DNA of 64,000 nucleotides from contig NW_024704743.1 in NCBI RefSeq assembly GCF_018977255.1, forward strand, positions 35,404,001 through 35,468,000. Direction: 5' to 3'. Each line of letters opens with the position of its first letter. The first letter of the stretch is position 1. Under the pieces are notes generated by a model. It was not told where the DNA came from. It searched no databases and worked only from the letters and a program-made list of their open reading frames with translations. The position numbers and the translations under genes were made by a program. Positions 39,152-51,245 of this stretch are shown here, one piece after another. The DNA comes from Callorhinchus milii (taxonomy: Eukaryota).

Positions 39152-39476
39152 ATAATAATAATAATAATAATAATAATCCTTGCATTTGATATAGCGCTTT
39201 TCACGTCGGGAGGACGTCCCAAAGCGCTTCACAGAACACACTGTAAAGTGAATTGACTGTATATTTGTGGGCGAACGCGGCAGCCAATTGCGCACAGCAA
39301 TGTCCCACAAACAGTCGTAGATTGAAAATGACCAATTTATTATTGTTTTTGGTTTTGGAGGGATTATTATTAGGCGTGTGGAGTAAGGAAACTTGCCCAA
39401 GGTTTCGCCCTGCCTGGAATTGAACTCAGGTCTCTCACTTGCAAAGCGAGTGCTCTAACCACTGAGCTACAGGACT
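39152..39476 (-). mobile_element. Young full-length SINE
   Basis: Head with A box TAGCTCAGTGG, TGC anticodon-like loop and B-like GAGTTCAATTCC; Deu-like motif; (TAA)n tail. Confidence 0.93.
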
Positions 39477-41086
39477 ATGTATTGCAAAGGTTTCCATATT
39501 TTAACAAATCTCTGTAAAAACTAATTTTTCTATGAAATTGAATCCACTTTTTTTCTTTTGGTGATAATCTTTCATTTATGCCCCCTTGTTATGTTCTCAC
39601 GATTCCACAGAAATAGTCTACCTCTGTCTACCTATATCTTCCTTTAATAGCTTATCTCCAGACCTTAACCTGTTCTAGTTGACAATTGCTGTCTGTGTAA
39701 ACTGGAATACCTCCTGGTGTCTGTCATACAATTGCCATCCACAACCCTGAATCTTGGTGGATCTGAAAGTATTGTCATGTGTTTATTTTCTCTAAAATCA
39801 TTTATACCTTTGTCTATTAATTTCCCTCTGAGACCTTTCTTTTCAGCATTGAAGAGGTCAGCTCCTTGGGACGTCTTCCCAATGTGAAAGGCGCTATACA
39901 AATATAATCTTGTTGTTGTTGTTGTAGCTTATCTATTTGTTCCTCACAGCTCATCCCTCTATAAGGAATGATTAGTAAATTGGGTTATTGAATACTTTCA
40001 GCAATAACTTTGAATTGTAATTATTAAAATTAATGAAAATGCATGGGTCACTCAGCAACAAAAAGAGATTGATAGGTTATGGTTTGAGCATATAAGATAT
40101 GATATGATGTATGTTGGCTGAGGGGTCACTATATAGGGAAAGCCATGTTTAAAAAAAAGTAAAAAGAGGCAGGAAATGGATAATTGACAGATTGGGGCTA
40201 ACAATTCTGTTCAGTATGTACTACCTGGGTTTGGAGATAGTGACTCTGAGATTCAAATAGTGATGAACCAACCACTGGGAGGTGAATGAGAGCAGCTTGT
40301 GGTGTGTTGCCCATATTTTCTTTCCTTTTTTACTCTGGGACTGTGTCTGAGCTAGGTGTTCAGACTTGCTCTATGTCCTGGGATTCAATTATGCTACTCG
40401 TTTATTATACTAATAATCCTTGCATTTGATATGGTGCTTTTCACATAATTAAACATTATGTTTAATACTTGAACAAAAAATAAAGAATTTGCATTTTTGT
40501 AGGACCTTATTGCATCAAAATGAATCAAATTGCCCCACAAAAAGTTACAGTCAACTATAGTGACTGCCTTTGCAGGCAAACATGGCAGTCATCTGTGCTA
40601 GCAAAGAGCCAGAAAGAGCCATGAGGTGAATGATTAGCTAATTTAGAGGATTGTTGACCAGAAGACTTCAATGAAATATTTGTGAGGAATGAAAAAGCTG
40701 ACTTCAACAGTCTCCTCTCTATCATAGGAAATTAAGCCAGGGCACAATGTGGGCATAGCTGTGAGGTAGAAAGGAAAAGGGGATTTGCTTCCTACATCCA
40801 GATGCTCAAGAGAGCTTTCTGTTCAACCCGAGAAGAGCAGCTCTGCTCAGTTGCACGGAAACAAAAATGAACTGCCAGCACACCCACAATAACAAAGGAG
40901 GCAGAGATATCTTTTAATCCCTTGTCAACACTGAAATGTTTGCACACTTTATTGTTAGATTTAGCTGGTAGATTCCTCACTAAAGCATTTGTCCACAATT
41001 CCAGAGAAAATCACTTGGACCACTTTGGTCCAGAGATCATTGAAATGTCACTAAGATTGTGCTTTTCTTCACAATTTTATTTGTAG

Positions 41087-41097
41087 GGATGAAGAAG
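41087..41097 (+). CDS. Putative 11-nt microexon GGATGAAGAAG
   Basis: Branch-like CACTAAG, then TGCTTTTCTTCACAATTTTATTTGTAG acceptor and a consensus AAG|GTAAGT donor; purine-rich GAAGAA enhancer-like body; unique flanks. Confidence 0.5.
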
Positions 41098-42269
41098 GTA
41101 AGTAGTGTAATGCTCCTTTTTGTGCCAATACAGGAGTTAAGATGCACATGCTTTTGGGATCACCTAAGTCCTGTCAACAAGTAAGGAAGAACACAGGAAG
41201 CAAAATGGTGCAGTTAAGGCATACGCTGTCCTTTGATTTCTACACCTTCTTCATTTTTCATGTCAGCTTGGCTACAACTACTCCATGCAGATTCAGTTAA
41301 TTTGCAGAAAGTGTTGTGAATTGAACTTTGGAAATGTAGGATTAAGAGACGGACATCAATGCTCTTTTGGAAAACCTTTGGATATGTTCAGTCCTCAGGC
41401 TCAGCATCTAGGTTTTTTGCGATATCTGCTCCAGTGCAAACTATTACAATGTGGTCTTTGGGGAGTAATTACTAGTAAGCCTTAGTGTACCTCAAAAGAG
41501 TTGACTCTTTTAGTCTTCCAGGCATTCCAGGTCTTTGAAATCAGTGATGGAGCACTCATCTCCCAAGTGGGAGACCTGGGTTCGATTCCAGTTTGAAGAT
41601 GTACAAAGATCCAGAGAAGAAAAGTACTCACCTCCCAGAGCAGCAACTGCTGGAGACTGTGACTGTGTTCAATGTAATAAAAAAGCAGAGGGCTCATTAC
41701 GTGTTGTCCAGGAACCTGTTGGCAGTGGAGAACGACCTCAGCATCTCTCACTTCCTCATAGTCCCGATGACCTCAGCATCTCTCGCTTCTTCCATTCAAG
41801 CGGCACCAAGAAAAGAATCTCAGAAGGAGTCCATGGCTTAAGAGAATACTAGCCAGGCGGATAAGAGCAAGGCTGAATGTGAATACCTCAGCACTGATCT
41901 CATGAATGTTTTTGCTTTCGATCTACCAGTGTCAGCACGATGCATGACCTGTTCCCAGGCTTCAGCCAATACTATCAGAAATCCTTTACCACAGTGCTAT
42001 GCATTCCGGTTGTGAATGACTGTAATCTTCCTTCCCTCAAACACTCTTCACACTCTCCCCATAGCATATAGCTAAGATTAGGGACTTATTGTTGTGCTGA
42101 GGACTTTGGCCTCATCCCAACCCACATCCCAACCTTCCACGACACTATAACTGTGTAACTTATATCTCAAAATAGAGCATTTTAGAAATTGACTCCCAAT
42201 TTAAAAGGTCTGCAATGAATATACAAACAGATGGAATGATTCATAATTGAAAAATGTAGAACAGATAGA

Positions 42270-42388
42270 GCGTTACAATATATAGTTTGGGACATGATCT
42301 GTCAGGCAACTGCCAGGATGGTGGAAAGCGAACCGAATGGACCTTGGTCTTCTTATCTTCTTATGCAAATTCTTATGTTCTTATGTTC
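42270..42388 (+). mobile_element. CR1 3' tail
   Basis: TATAGTTTGGGACATGA...GGACCTTGGTCTT...AATTCTTATGTTCTTATGTTC, as in 1580-1678 and 9800-9898. Confidence 0.8.
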
Positions 42389-43174
42389 ATGGGAATAGTG
42401 AATTGTATTTCTGTTTCTTTTCCTCCTCACCAATATCCTCTTCCCCCCTGGATCTGCTTTAATTCAGAGTTTAGATTAGATGATTACATTTCCTGTGTTC
42501 CTAGCTCCCTGCCTCTGGAATTCCAAATGGGGTTCCTTTGCCAGCACTGAAAGGTTGTTTTCCCCTTTGTCTGGGAATGAGGGAAGAGCAGCCTCCTGAT
42601 GGGGAATTTCCAATGTGTTCTGGCTCAGTAGCAATATTTATTTGTCATGAGTTCTGTTTACAATAGAACTTAAAAGTGAAAGGAAAATCTAATAACTTGC
42701 CTGTGGGTATCCGCCTCAATACCATGAATTTGAAAGCTGCTGGCTGCTAAAGCCTAACCTATTCTGTTAAATAAGCATTATTTGAATCGATTCAGTACCT
42801 GGCCTGCAGCACTTTGATCATGTCAAACATTTCAGGCAGTGCATTGACGCCAAAGCTTTTCGTGTGGAGCAGGAAGAACCCTGACCCTCTGTCCTCTCCA
42901 AAGCATTCTGACCCTCTGTCAGCAGACAGGGGCTACTTGCAATGTATTAAACGGTTCCACTTCCTCTCAGCTATTAGGTCAGCATTTCTATGCTAATCCA
43001 ATGCTTGCTGTCATCTGAATGGTTATATTCATAGCAATCAATCAAATCGAGGACTTTAAAAATGTAAATGGGATGAGAGGAGTAGCATGTGTCTGTGTTG
43101 CAGCAGCCTCATTACAATATCCTGGCAGCTTCTAATTTTGAACATATGCTTCCAGTAACATGGCTGAATTAATA

Positions 43175-43720
43175 CAGGGTAACTCTGTTATAGCACGGTT
43201 GTTTGGGTCCAATATTTCAGGTGTGATTTTAAAGGGAAGAAAATGGCTAGCTTTCAGGTTTACAGATCACCCCCAATGTCATTTCCTATGTGTTACACCC
43301 ATACACTCTATGAGCAAGAAGTGCCACTGACATCACAGTGAGCATAATAATAATAATCCTTGCATTTGATAAAGTGCCTTATCACATCGTCAAGACATCT
43401 CAAAGTGCTTCACAGAATGTTATAAAGTGAATATTCTTTATTCACAGAAGTATATTCTGTGGGCGAAACATGGCAGCCAATTGCAGTGTCCACAAACAGT
43501 TGTGGATTGAGTGACCAGATTATCGTAGTAGCAAATTGTAAGCATATACAGGAAATGAGATTAGCAGTGCTTCTGGGTCAAAGTGTATGGGAGCAACACA
43601 CTGGAAATGATATCGGTGGTGACCTGACAACCTGGAGGTTAGCCATTTTCTCACACTGCCTTTTAACACGGCGTCTGAAATATTGGTCCCAAACAACCAT
43701 GCTGTAACAGAGTTGCCCTG
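43175..43720. mobile_element. Palindromic Tc1/mariner-type MITE with ~160-bp TIRs; SINE fragment inserted centrally (43345-43520)
   Basis: TA|CAGGGTAACTCTGTTATAGCACGGTTGTTTGGGTCCAATATTTCAG... pairs with ...CTGAAATATTGGTCCCAAACAACCATGCTGTAACAGAGTTGCCCTG|TA; TA on both sides. Confidence 0.88.
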
Positions 43721-44400
43721 TATTAACCTCTGTATCAACCAGCTTTGTTGCTCTTGATCACTATCTGGAGGCCTCGCTCGAATGTATAGATATCGCTTAT
43801 TGGATGAGGGAAGGATCAGACTTGGTTCTGATCAGTCCCCCTCCCACTCCATAATTGAGTAGACTGACAACATTTTCCATTAAGGCTCATATATGAAAAA
43901 TGATTACTTCAGTGGGCTGGTATCTATGGAACTGTACCTCACTAGTATTAGAAAGAAAGAGTCAAATGTCATCAAGAGACGAGGAGGAGAAAATTTTTTA
44001 GGAGAAACATTTGTGAAAAAAATCTATGCTTTTGTTTCAATTAATCTTGGGTCAGACATGTATTTATGTGGAGTCAGTGGGACGATGAATAAATTCTACC
44101 TCAGCACAAAATCATGAATAATCCAAAAATTTGCTTTCCTATCAGGGTTGGTTTTATTTGTGTCTGAATATGTTACTATGGTAGCCTCAAACATTGTAAA
44201 AAGACCTCCTATTTCTTTAAAAGTAGAGAAAATCTGCTGCAAATTCTTATCGTGCTGCTTTCTTTGGACATAATCAAAGTCTGGGGCAACTTAATAAAAT
44301 GATCAATACATCATCTGTTTCTCAACTGGACAATTAATTTTGAAAGATATATTCCCATCTCATCCCATATGCTTATACTTTTGCTTTGTACTTTGTTTAG

Positions 44401-44462
44401 GTCCCTCTGAACTATACACCATTCCATAACCGTACTCAGAACGATTTTCCCAACCGAATGCT
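44401..44462 (+). CDS. Putative internal coding exon (VPLNYTPFHNRTQNDFPNRML), unidentified protein
   Basis: Acceptor TACTTTTGCTTTGTACTTTGTTTAG and donor CT|GTAAGA; only frame 0 is open; retained CpGs include Arg codons CGT and CGA. Confidence 0.55.
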
Positions 44463-44609
44463 GTAAGATGGATCATTTCCGGGCAGGGCGAAACATTAGG
44501 CCGATTTCCCTACTGCACACTTCTGTGTTTATCCAGCAGTAAGTAGGAACTCGGTTGTTAGTCCACATGATAAGACGCTATATCAAATCCAAGAATTATT
44601 ATTATTATG

Positions 44610-44769
44610 CAGTAAAACTCGCATAAGTCTGATCTGTAAATCGTATAATCGCCTAAGTCATGTATCTATCTGCTGTTTATATTCTCTGCAAGTTTGACAT
44701 AACTCAAACTTTACATAAGTCATATTAAATATATGGTCTCAACTGATATGACTTGCGTGAGGTTTACTG
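44610..44769. mobile_element. Short Tigger-like MITE in the putative last intron
   Basis: Imperfect TIRs CAGTAAAACTCGCATAAGTC and GACTTGCGTGAGGTTTACTG|TA. Confidence 0.6.
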
Positions 44770-44814
44770 TAATGTGGAGGTGCATGTTAAAACTCACCTT
44801 CACATTTTTCTCAG

Positions 44815-44947
44815 TTTCAGAAAAACCATCCAGGCTGTGCTTGACTCCTACCCCAAGTTATCTTTGCCCACACCAGCAAGCTGCAGCAGTTCATCAATGC
44901 CCAGTGCCACTGGCAGTGCCCTTCTGTACTTAAACCCATGCAACTAA
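44815..44947 (+). CDS. Putative terminal coding exon (FRKTIQAVLDSYPKLSLPTPASCSSSSMPSATGSALLYLNPCN*)
   Basis: Branch-like ACTCAC and CTTCACATTTTTCTCAG acceptor, with a second in-frame AG 6 nt downstream; the phase-2 junction matches exon 44401-44462; stop TAA at 44945-44947, followed by about 1.1 kb with no repeat I recognise. Confidence 0.5.
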
Positions 44948-46028
44948 TGGTCAGTTTGTGCAGAAGGATGCTCATATTGTCAAGAAGCAGCTTCATTCAA
45001 ATCAATATTTAAGCTGCAGCATTCTAATATAAATGAGAAAACAAATCAATTCTATCCCTGTAGGTTGCTTTGTCAACTGAATTGACATTGTAACAAAAAT
45101 GTAATCTTCAAAGAGCAATCAAACAATTTACTGCATGAATTATCCATAACTTTTGACACCAGACAGTCTATTCATTATGAGGTGTGGCATGTTATTGGAT
45201 GCTATTGAAAGTGTTGAAAATTGCTGACTACTTGTTGTTGTTGACAGATGATAAAGGGTTAGTTTTATGCCATGGTCGCAGTTGTTTTGAGAGTGACTCC
45301 AATAGCTCACTATTGTGCCAGATCAACAGAGTTCATACCAATGCAGTCCTATTCAATCCCACTGAGTATGAATGGAAGCATAGGAAGCTACCAGTCAGAT
45401 CAGTGGCCCTGGCTGCCTGGAAACATGTGGGAGAGATCATAAGGTCACTCTTACACTCCAATAACTCTTTTCACACTATCTTGGTACAAATGATATGACA
45501 CTTGCGATGGGAGGGGACGTGTTTTTATACTACTACAATATAGATGAGAAGGGGAGGGGAAGAACTGCTCTGTAAAGTTCACCTCAAAATGATCTGTACT
45601 GATACACTCAGCTACAAAGGATCAGGGATGCAAGAACAATGTGTGAACAGACAGCAACAAGTGTTTATTTGCATAGAAGGTAATCAACATTGGAATGGGG
45701 ACTAGGAAGAGTGGTTGAGGCCAAGATACGCACTCATTTAAGAAATTGCTTGGTGCTGTAACAGAAGATTCTAGAGTTGTTTTCTTTTGAAAGAATGAGA
45801 TCAAATGAGTTTACAGGCCTTCATCACAATCTCTCTTGTGATCTTTTGACCTCAAGGAAGTAGGTTTCAGCAGACGTCAGCTTGGATGAAATATTCTGCT
45901 GATCTAAGATTGGAAAACGAATGAACATCGTGCATCTCATCTCTATTGCCAGTCATTGAATCCTGGCTCAGATACTCTATCCCTCCTGGCCAAGGAAAGA
46001 TATGTAGGGAAGAATAACATTCAAGGAG

Positions 46029-46034
46029 AATAAA
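46029..46034 (+). promoter_or_regulatory. Candidate polyadenylation signal AATAAA
   Basis: First AATAAA I could find downstream of the putative stop, shortly before repeats resume. Confidence 0.3.
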
Positions 46035-46544
46035 AATTAAGTTGACGCTAATTCTAAGCCAAACTAGATCCTTAATTTACTGCTTCCTGTACCTCAATGG
46101 TTCAATTTCAACATTCCAATCCTGACCATTAAATTCCTCCATGCCTTTGCCATCACTCCCTCCACCCCACTACTGGCAGCTGACTTGTTAGCTTCTGCTC
46201 CCTGGAACTGCCTCCCTAAAACTCTCCTTACACCATCTATCACCATTTCAGCACCAGCTGCTTATTCCAGGTCCTCATGCGAGGGGCCTTGAATACACGT
46301 GCCTGATGTGAAGCTGACTCCGTCTCCAGGGTGCTCAGTGACAGGTCAGTATAGGCTGGAGCCCTCCCTCCATCATGCAGCCGTTTTCCATGTTTGCCAC
46401 AAATCCACCTCACAGCTTTAGCCTGGATTTTACGAAGGTGCTTCTACTTCCTAACAACCCGCTGTGTATAAAGAAAATTTCTCCTAACATCTGCCTTTTC
46501 TTTTTTCAGTAATTACCTTAAATCTATGTCCTTCAATCGAGGGG

Positions 46545-48249
46545 ATACGTTCAGCCACCTCTTCCCCGTCCACAGCCACCCCCACATCACCTCTCCCTCA
46601 TGGCCCACCCCCACTATACTCCTTCGACCCTATCTCTCCATCCTCCCTCACCATGACTGTCCGCAAACTCAAACCCACCAACTGCTCCCTTGATCCCATC
46701 CCCACCTCTCTCTTCATCTCCCAGCTCCACCTTCTGGCCCCTCTTCTGTCTGATGTCATCAACCTCTCCTTGTCCGCCGGTTCAGTTCCCACCCCCCTAA
46801 AAACAGCCATTATCATCCTCATCTTCCCTAGACACATCCCTTCTTTCCAGCTACCGCACCATCTCTAACCTCCCCTTCCTCTCCAAGGTCCTGGAATGAG
46901 TCGTTGTGTCCCAGCTTCACTCCTTTCTCTCCCTCTTGGAACCCCTCCAATCCGGCTTCTGCGCTGTCCACAGCACGGAAACAGCCCTGGTCATAGTCAC
47001 TAACGACATTATGAACATCCGTGATCAGAGCTGCCTCTGCCTCCTTGTCCTCCTCGGCTTTTCTGCTGCCTTTGACACTGTCGACCACTCAATCCTCATA
47101 CACCTCCTCTCTTTATTTAATCTTCGCAGACCTGCCCTTGCCTGGTTCGATTCCTATCTCTCTCACCGTCTCCATTTTGTTGCCTCTAACGGTTTCTCCT
47201 CCAGCCCCCACACTGTCACGTCGCGTCCCCCAGGGCTCTGTCCTTGGCCATCTTCTCTTTAATATCTATATGCTCCCCCTTGGTGACATCATCCGCAGAC
47301 ATGGGGTCAACTTCTACATGTATGCGGATGACACCCAACTCTATCTTTCTGCCTCCACCCTCAACTCCAGGACCACTGCTGTCCTGACAGACTGTCTGTC
47401 GGACATCAAGTCCTGGATGAGGGCAAATTCCCTACAGTTGAATGTGAACAAGACTGAGGCCCTCCTGATTGGCTCACGCCAGCGCCTCTGCACCTCAGGC
47501 TCTGGCAGCATCAACCTCCATGGTTGCACACAACTCATCAGGCCAGTCAGAAACCTTGGTGTCTTGTTTGACCCTCAACTGTCTTTTCTTCCCTACATCC
47601 AAGCCATGATCCACTCTGCCTTCCCTCACCTCCGCAACATTGCCCGCCACTACCTCACCCCTCAGGCCACTGAAACTCTTGTTCATGCCCTCATCACCTC
47701 CAGGCTCGACTATGCAAACGCCATGCTCATCGGCCTTCCCAACTCCTCCCTCCACAGGCTGCAGATAATCCAGAACTCTGCAGTCGTTGTCCTCTCTCGC
47801 AACAAACTCTGTGACCCCATCTCCCCCCTTCTCACCTGACTCCATTGGTTCTCTATCCTTCAGAGGATCCAGTTCAAGATCTTGGTCCTCGCCTGTAAAG
47901 TCCTCCATGGCCTCACCCCACCCTACCTCTGTGACCTCCTAACCCCCTAGCAACGCCTCCGCTCAGCCGGCTCTGGCCTGCTCCACGTCCCCCAACCCAC
48001 CCACCCCACCATTAGTGGGAGAGCCTTCAGCCACTCTGCCCCCAACCTCTGGAATTCCATCCCCTAATCACTCCACCTCGCCCCCTCCTTAGCCTCCTTC
48101 AAGTCCTGCCTCAAGACCTTCCTCTTCGACCATACTATCAGCCACCCCCCTTCTCCCCCTCTGACCCCAGCTCGGATCTGAAATGCTGTACTTGGGACGT
48201 CCTCACAACATGAAAGGCGCTATACAAATGTAATCTTGTTGTTGTTGTT
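46545..48249 (+). mobile_element. L2 LINE, longest copy (~1.7 kb), frameshifted
   Basis: [55 protein letters not shown] and [12 protein letters not shown] (ORF 47021-47839); (GTT)n tail. Confidence 0.95.
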
Positions 48250-48546
48250 CAGTAATCAATATATCTCACCAGTGGAAATGATTGCAGCCTGTTTACATTA
48301 TCAAAACCCTTCATAATTTACAAAACCTCCACTGTATCCTAGTTTTAAAAACGTACTTCTTTGACCATGATTTCAATCACTTTCTTCGCCCATTTCTTTC
48401 CACACTATTCCATTTTGCCCATGTAAGGTGCTTCAAGATGTTCTCCTACGTTAAAGGCAGGATATAAATGCTGGTGTTGCTGCCAATAAAGATCAGTTTT
48501 GCATGGAAATGAATTCTTTATTCTTCATTTTAAATTTGTCAGAATG

Positions 48547-49180
48547 TTTTTATTTTGGTCAGACAGGTGTCTGACACATGCAGAAGCCCATCACAATACC
48601 TAAGAGTATCCACACCAAACTGAGATTTCCATGCATCCCACCTACACATGGAAATTCCAGAGATTGGAATGGAATGTGCACTCTCTCCCTGGAGGGACAC
48701 ATCCTGCCTACCTAATTCCGGAAAGTAATAGGTGCAAGTTGGCAAAAGCCAAGGCTTGGGGACCCCAGAGTACGTGTTGGGGTACTGCTCGAGGTACTAA
48801 CCAGTTAAAACCATATAGCTTTCCATTGATATTGTTGTCTGTCTGGCAAGCTTTCCCACTGCTTGTCCAGCTAGGACCACACACCCTTTAGGGCTTTGGC
48901 TTGCAGGATTAACAGGAACTGAGTGGGATGGCTCCCTGCCCCCAGTGATTGGTTTGCCCTCCCAAGTCCTGCCAGGCTGGCTAATGCTGTCATCAACAGT
49001 GCCCTGGGATACGGTGGACCCACTTGGCTCAGGAACCAGACTACCGAGACCGCCACAGAGCTGGCTCGATTCCGATATTCCTTAATTAAGTAAATAATTA
49101 ATTAATATCCAAAATGTCACCTTGGAACCAGTTTAGCTCCAAGGAGGCCCCGCTTAACTCCCCTCGAAGGAGGATATATG
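48547..49180 (-). mobile_element. Unclassified hairpin-rich retroposon, longest uninterrupted copy (~630 bp)
   Basis: Reverse complement aligns with all other copies and ends GTCAGACACCTGTCTGACCAAAATAAAAAC. Confidence 0.8.
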
Positions 49181-51245
49181 TCATAAATCACAGGTAACCT
49201 TCAGAATAAACAGCTGACTTATATTTTGTAATACTTTACTGCTTCTGGAGCATGTCACCCCCCCACCCCACTCTTCCCCCGGCTAATTATTTGATACATG
49301 AACTGTTGGACGTTATTATCGTCACAGTGTCACATCAGCAGATGGATCAAGACAGCTTCATGGCAAATCCTTTCAAGCATCTCTAAAAAAAGAAAGTAGT
49401 GTATCAAAACCTGATTAGAGGCAAGCATGTGGTGTCAGCGAAGTGCCCTGCTACAGTCTGACAGTGTCACTTGATCTTGAAAATTTGTCAATATAATTAT
49501 ATCCCTTTTTCCTCAGTTTGTGAGCAGTACTGGAGTTGCTGATGTTTTCTCATTTTGAATGAAAAACATACTTAACTGAAATTGGAACTTATTTTAATAA
49601 TCTTACATAAACAAAAAAAGACAGTAATCGCTACGAAACAACCATAGGTTGTTTTATTGCAAGGGAACAGTTTCTTGCAAGCAAAGGTTGTATCATATAA
49701 ATCATTCGAGAAGTAGGTTAACTAGGACAGAAAAAAAGTACAAATCCCATTTAAAAACTGAAAATTCTATTGGTGTGAAAATGTGTTTATCCAATGAAAG
49801 ATCTTTGGGATTTTTAACAATTTATATTCTATGAATTTCACCCACAGAATACCCAGTTAATTCACTTTACAGTATATTCTGTGAAGCGCTTTGAGACATC
49901 TCAACGACATAAGGAGCTATAGCAAATGCAAGGATTATTATTATTAAAAGCGATATGAAAAGGTGCCTGAGACATAAACTTTGTTTTCTCCAGGGAATCA
50001 ATCGTCTGTACACCACTTTGACTAACAACACCTCAATGCTGAGAAGATCTTGATTGAAACCAGTCACTTGGGGATTCAGGAGTTTAATGGGAGAAAATGA
50101 TTGTACATCACAGGCATGTTTCCCAGTAGTTATGTCATGTGGTGGTTATGCCATTTGAGAGCTTTTTGTCACCCCAATATCTGCAGAACAAGGGGTGGGA
50201 GAGCTGAGCTACTGTTCCCCCACACAGCAGGTTTCTTGGCTTATTTGTGGCATCGAAGGAAAGTCTGAAAGGAGCCTGGTGCTTCTGACTCAGAAGAAAG
50301 GAACATCAAAGGTGATTCTTTTTTGTTTATTTGTACTCACATCTTAGGGCATGCAATAAGGTGTGACAAACTATATAGACACTGTATATATTTATGTATA
50401 GGCTCTACACTTTAAGTGTTAATAGCCTTCCTAGGATAACTTGTAGTGCGGGGATTGCAGTGGGAGGGAAAGGACCTGACTTGAGCAAGATGATAATTAG
50501 ACAACAGATTTGTCTATTTTTCACTAGGAAACATGGACAGAAAAGGAATGAGCTGGACAAGCTCTACTTATATTGAGAAGATAAGTTGACACATTGAACC
50601 TTGTTACAAGTGGCTAGAAAAGTTGATAGAAGGAGGTACTCGTGGAACCTTCTGTTGCTTTGAAACCTATAAGCAACGCCGGAGAATAAAGAAAGCAATT
50701 TTTTTATGTGATCCAGTGCAGACTGGTTATATTAAGCATCTGGGGCATGTTGTTATATAAGGCCTGCGGACAGATCATCTGTCAGGAATGTTGCTCTGGA
50801 AGACTTGCAAGAAGAGATAGGGGAAAAATAAAAATATGTTTTAAATTAAAACAGAATCATCTGCAAAAGTGATTTATGAACATGTACACAATTGTGCCTT
50901 CTGGGTCAAAAGTTCACATTCACTGGGTTATGATCACCACATAAATCTCCTGAACTTGCATTTTGGTGGTGACATCTGCTAAATGTGTCAAACGTATTAG
51001 TGTGAAGATGAATTGTGTATAAATTCCTCAATACACATAGTGCATCACAGCTGAAATAAATCATTTCAAAATTATTTAAAGGCATTATACAAATAAAATG
51101 CACACCAATGCTTATGGTGCCCTATGAAAACTGAATCACTCATTGCAGCTCATAAGCTGCCCTTTCACTTGTTTATTAATTATCACTCCAGCATTGCTCT
51201 GAGACGATATCCTGCTCCTACGACTTATGGTCTTATGGTCTTATA

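Noticed and set aside
39400..39476. tRNA-Ala(TGC)-like gene
   Set aside because: It is the head of a multicopy SINE, continuous with the SINE body, with no proper acceptor stem.
41632..41662. Minus-strand 31-nt exon candidate (ACAG|TCACAG...GGGAG|GTGAGT)
   Set aside because: Isolated, with no partner exons found on that strand and an unrecognisable peptide.
47021..47839. 272-aa reverse transcriptase ORF as a functional or domesticated gene
   Set aside because: Part of a 5'-truncated, frameshifted L2 with no endonuclease domain.
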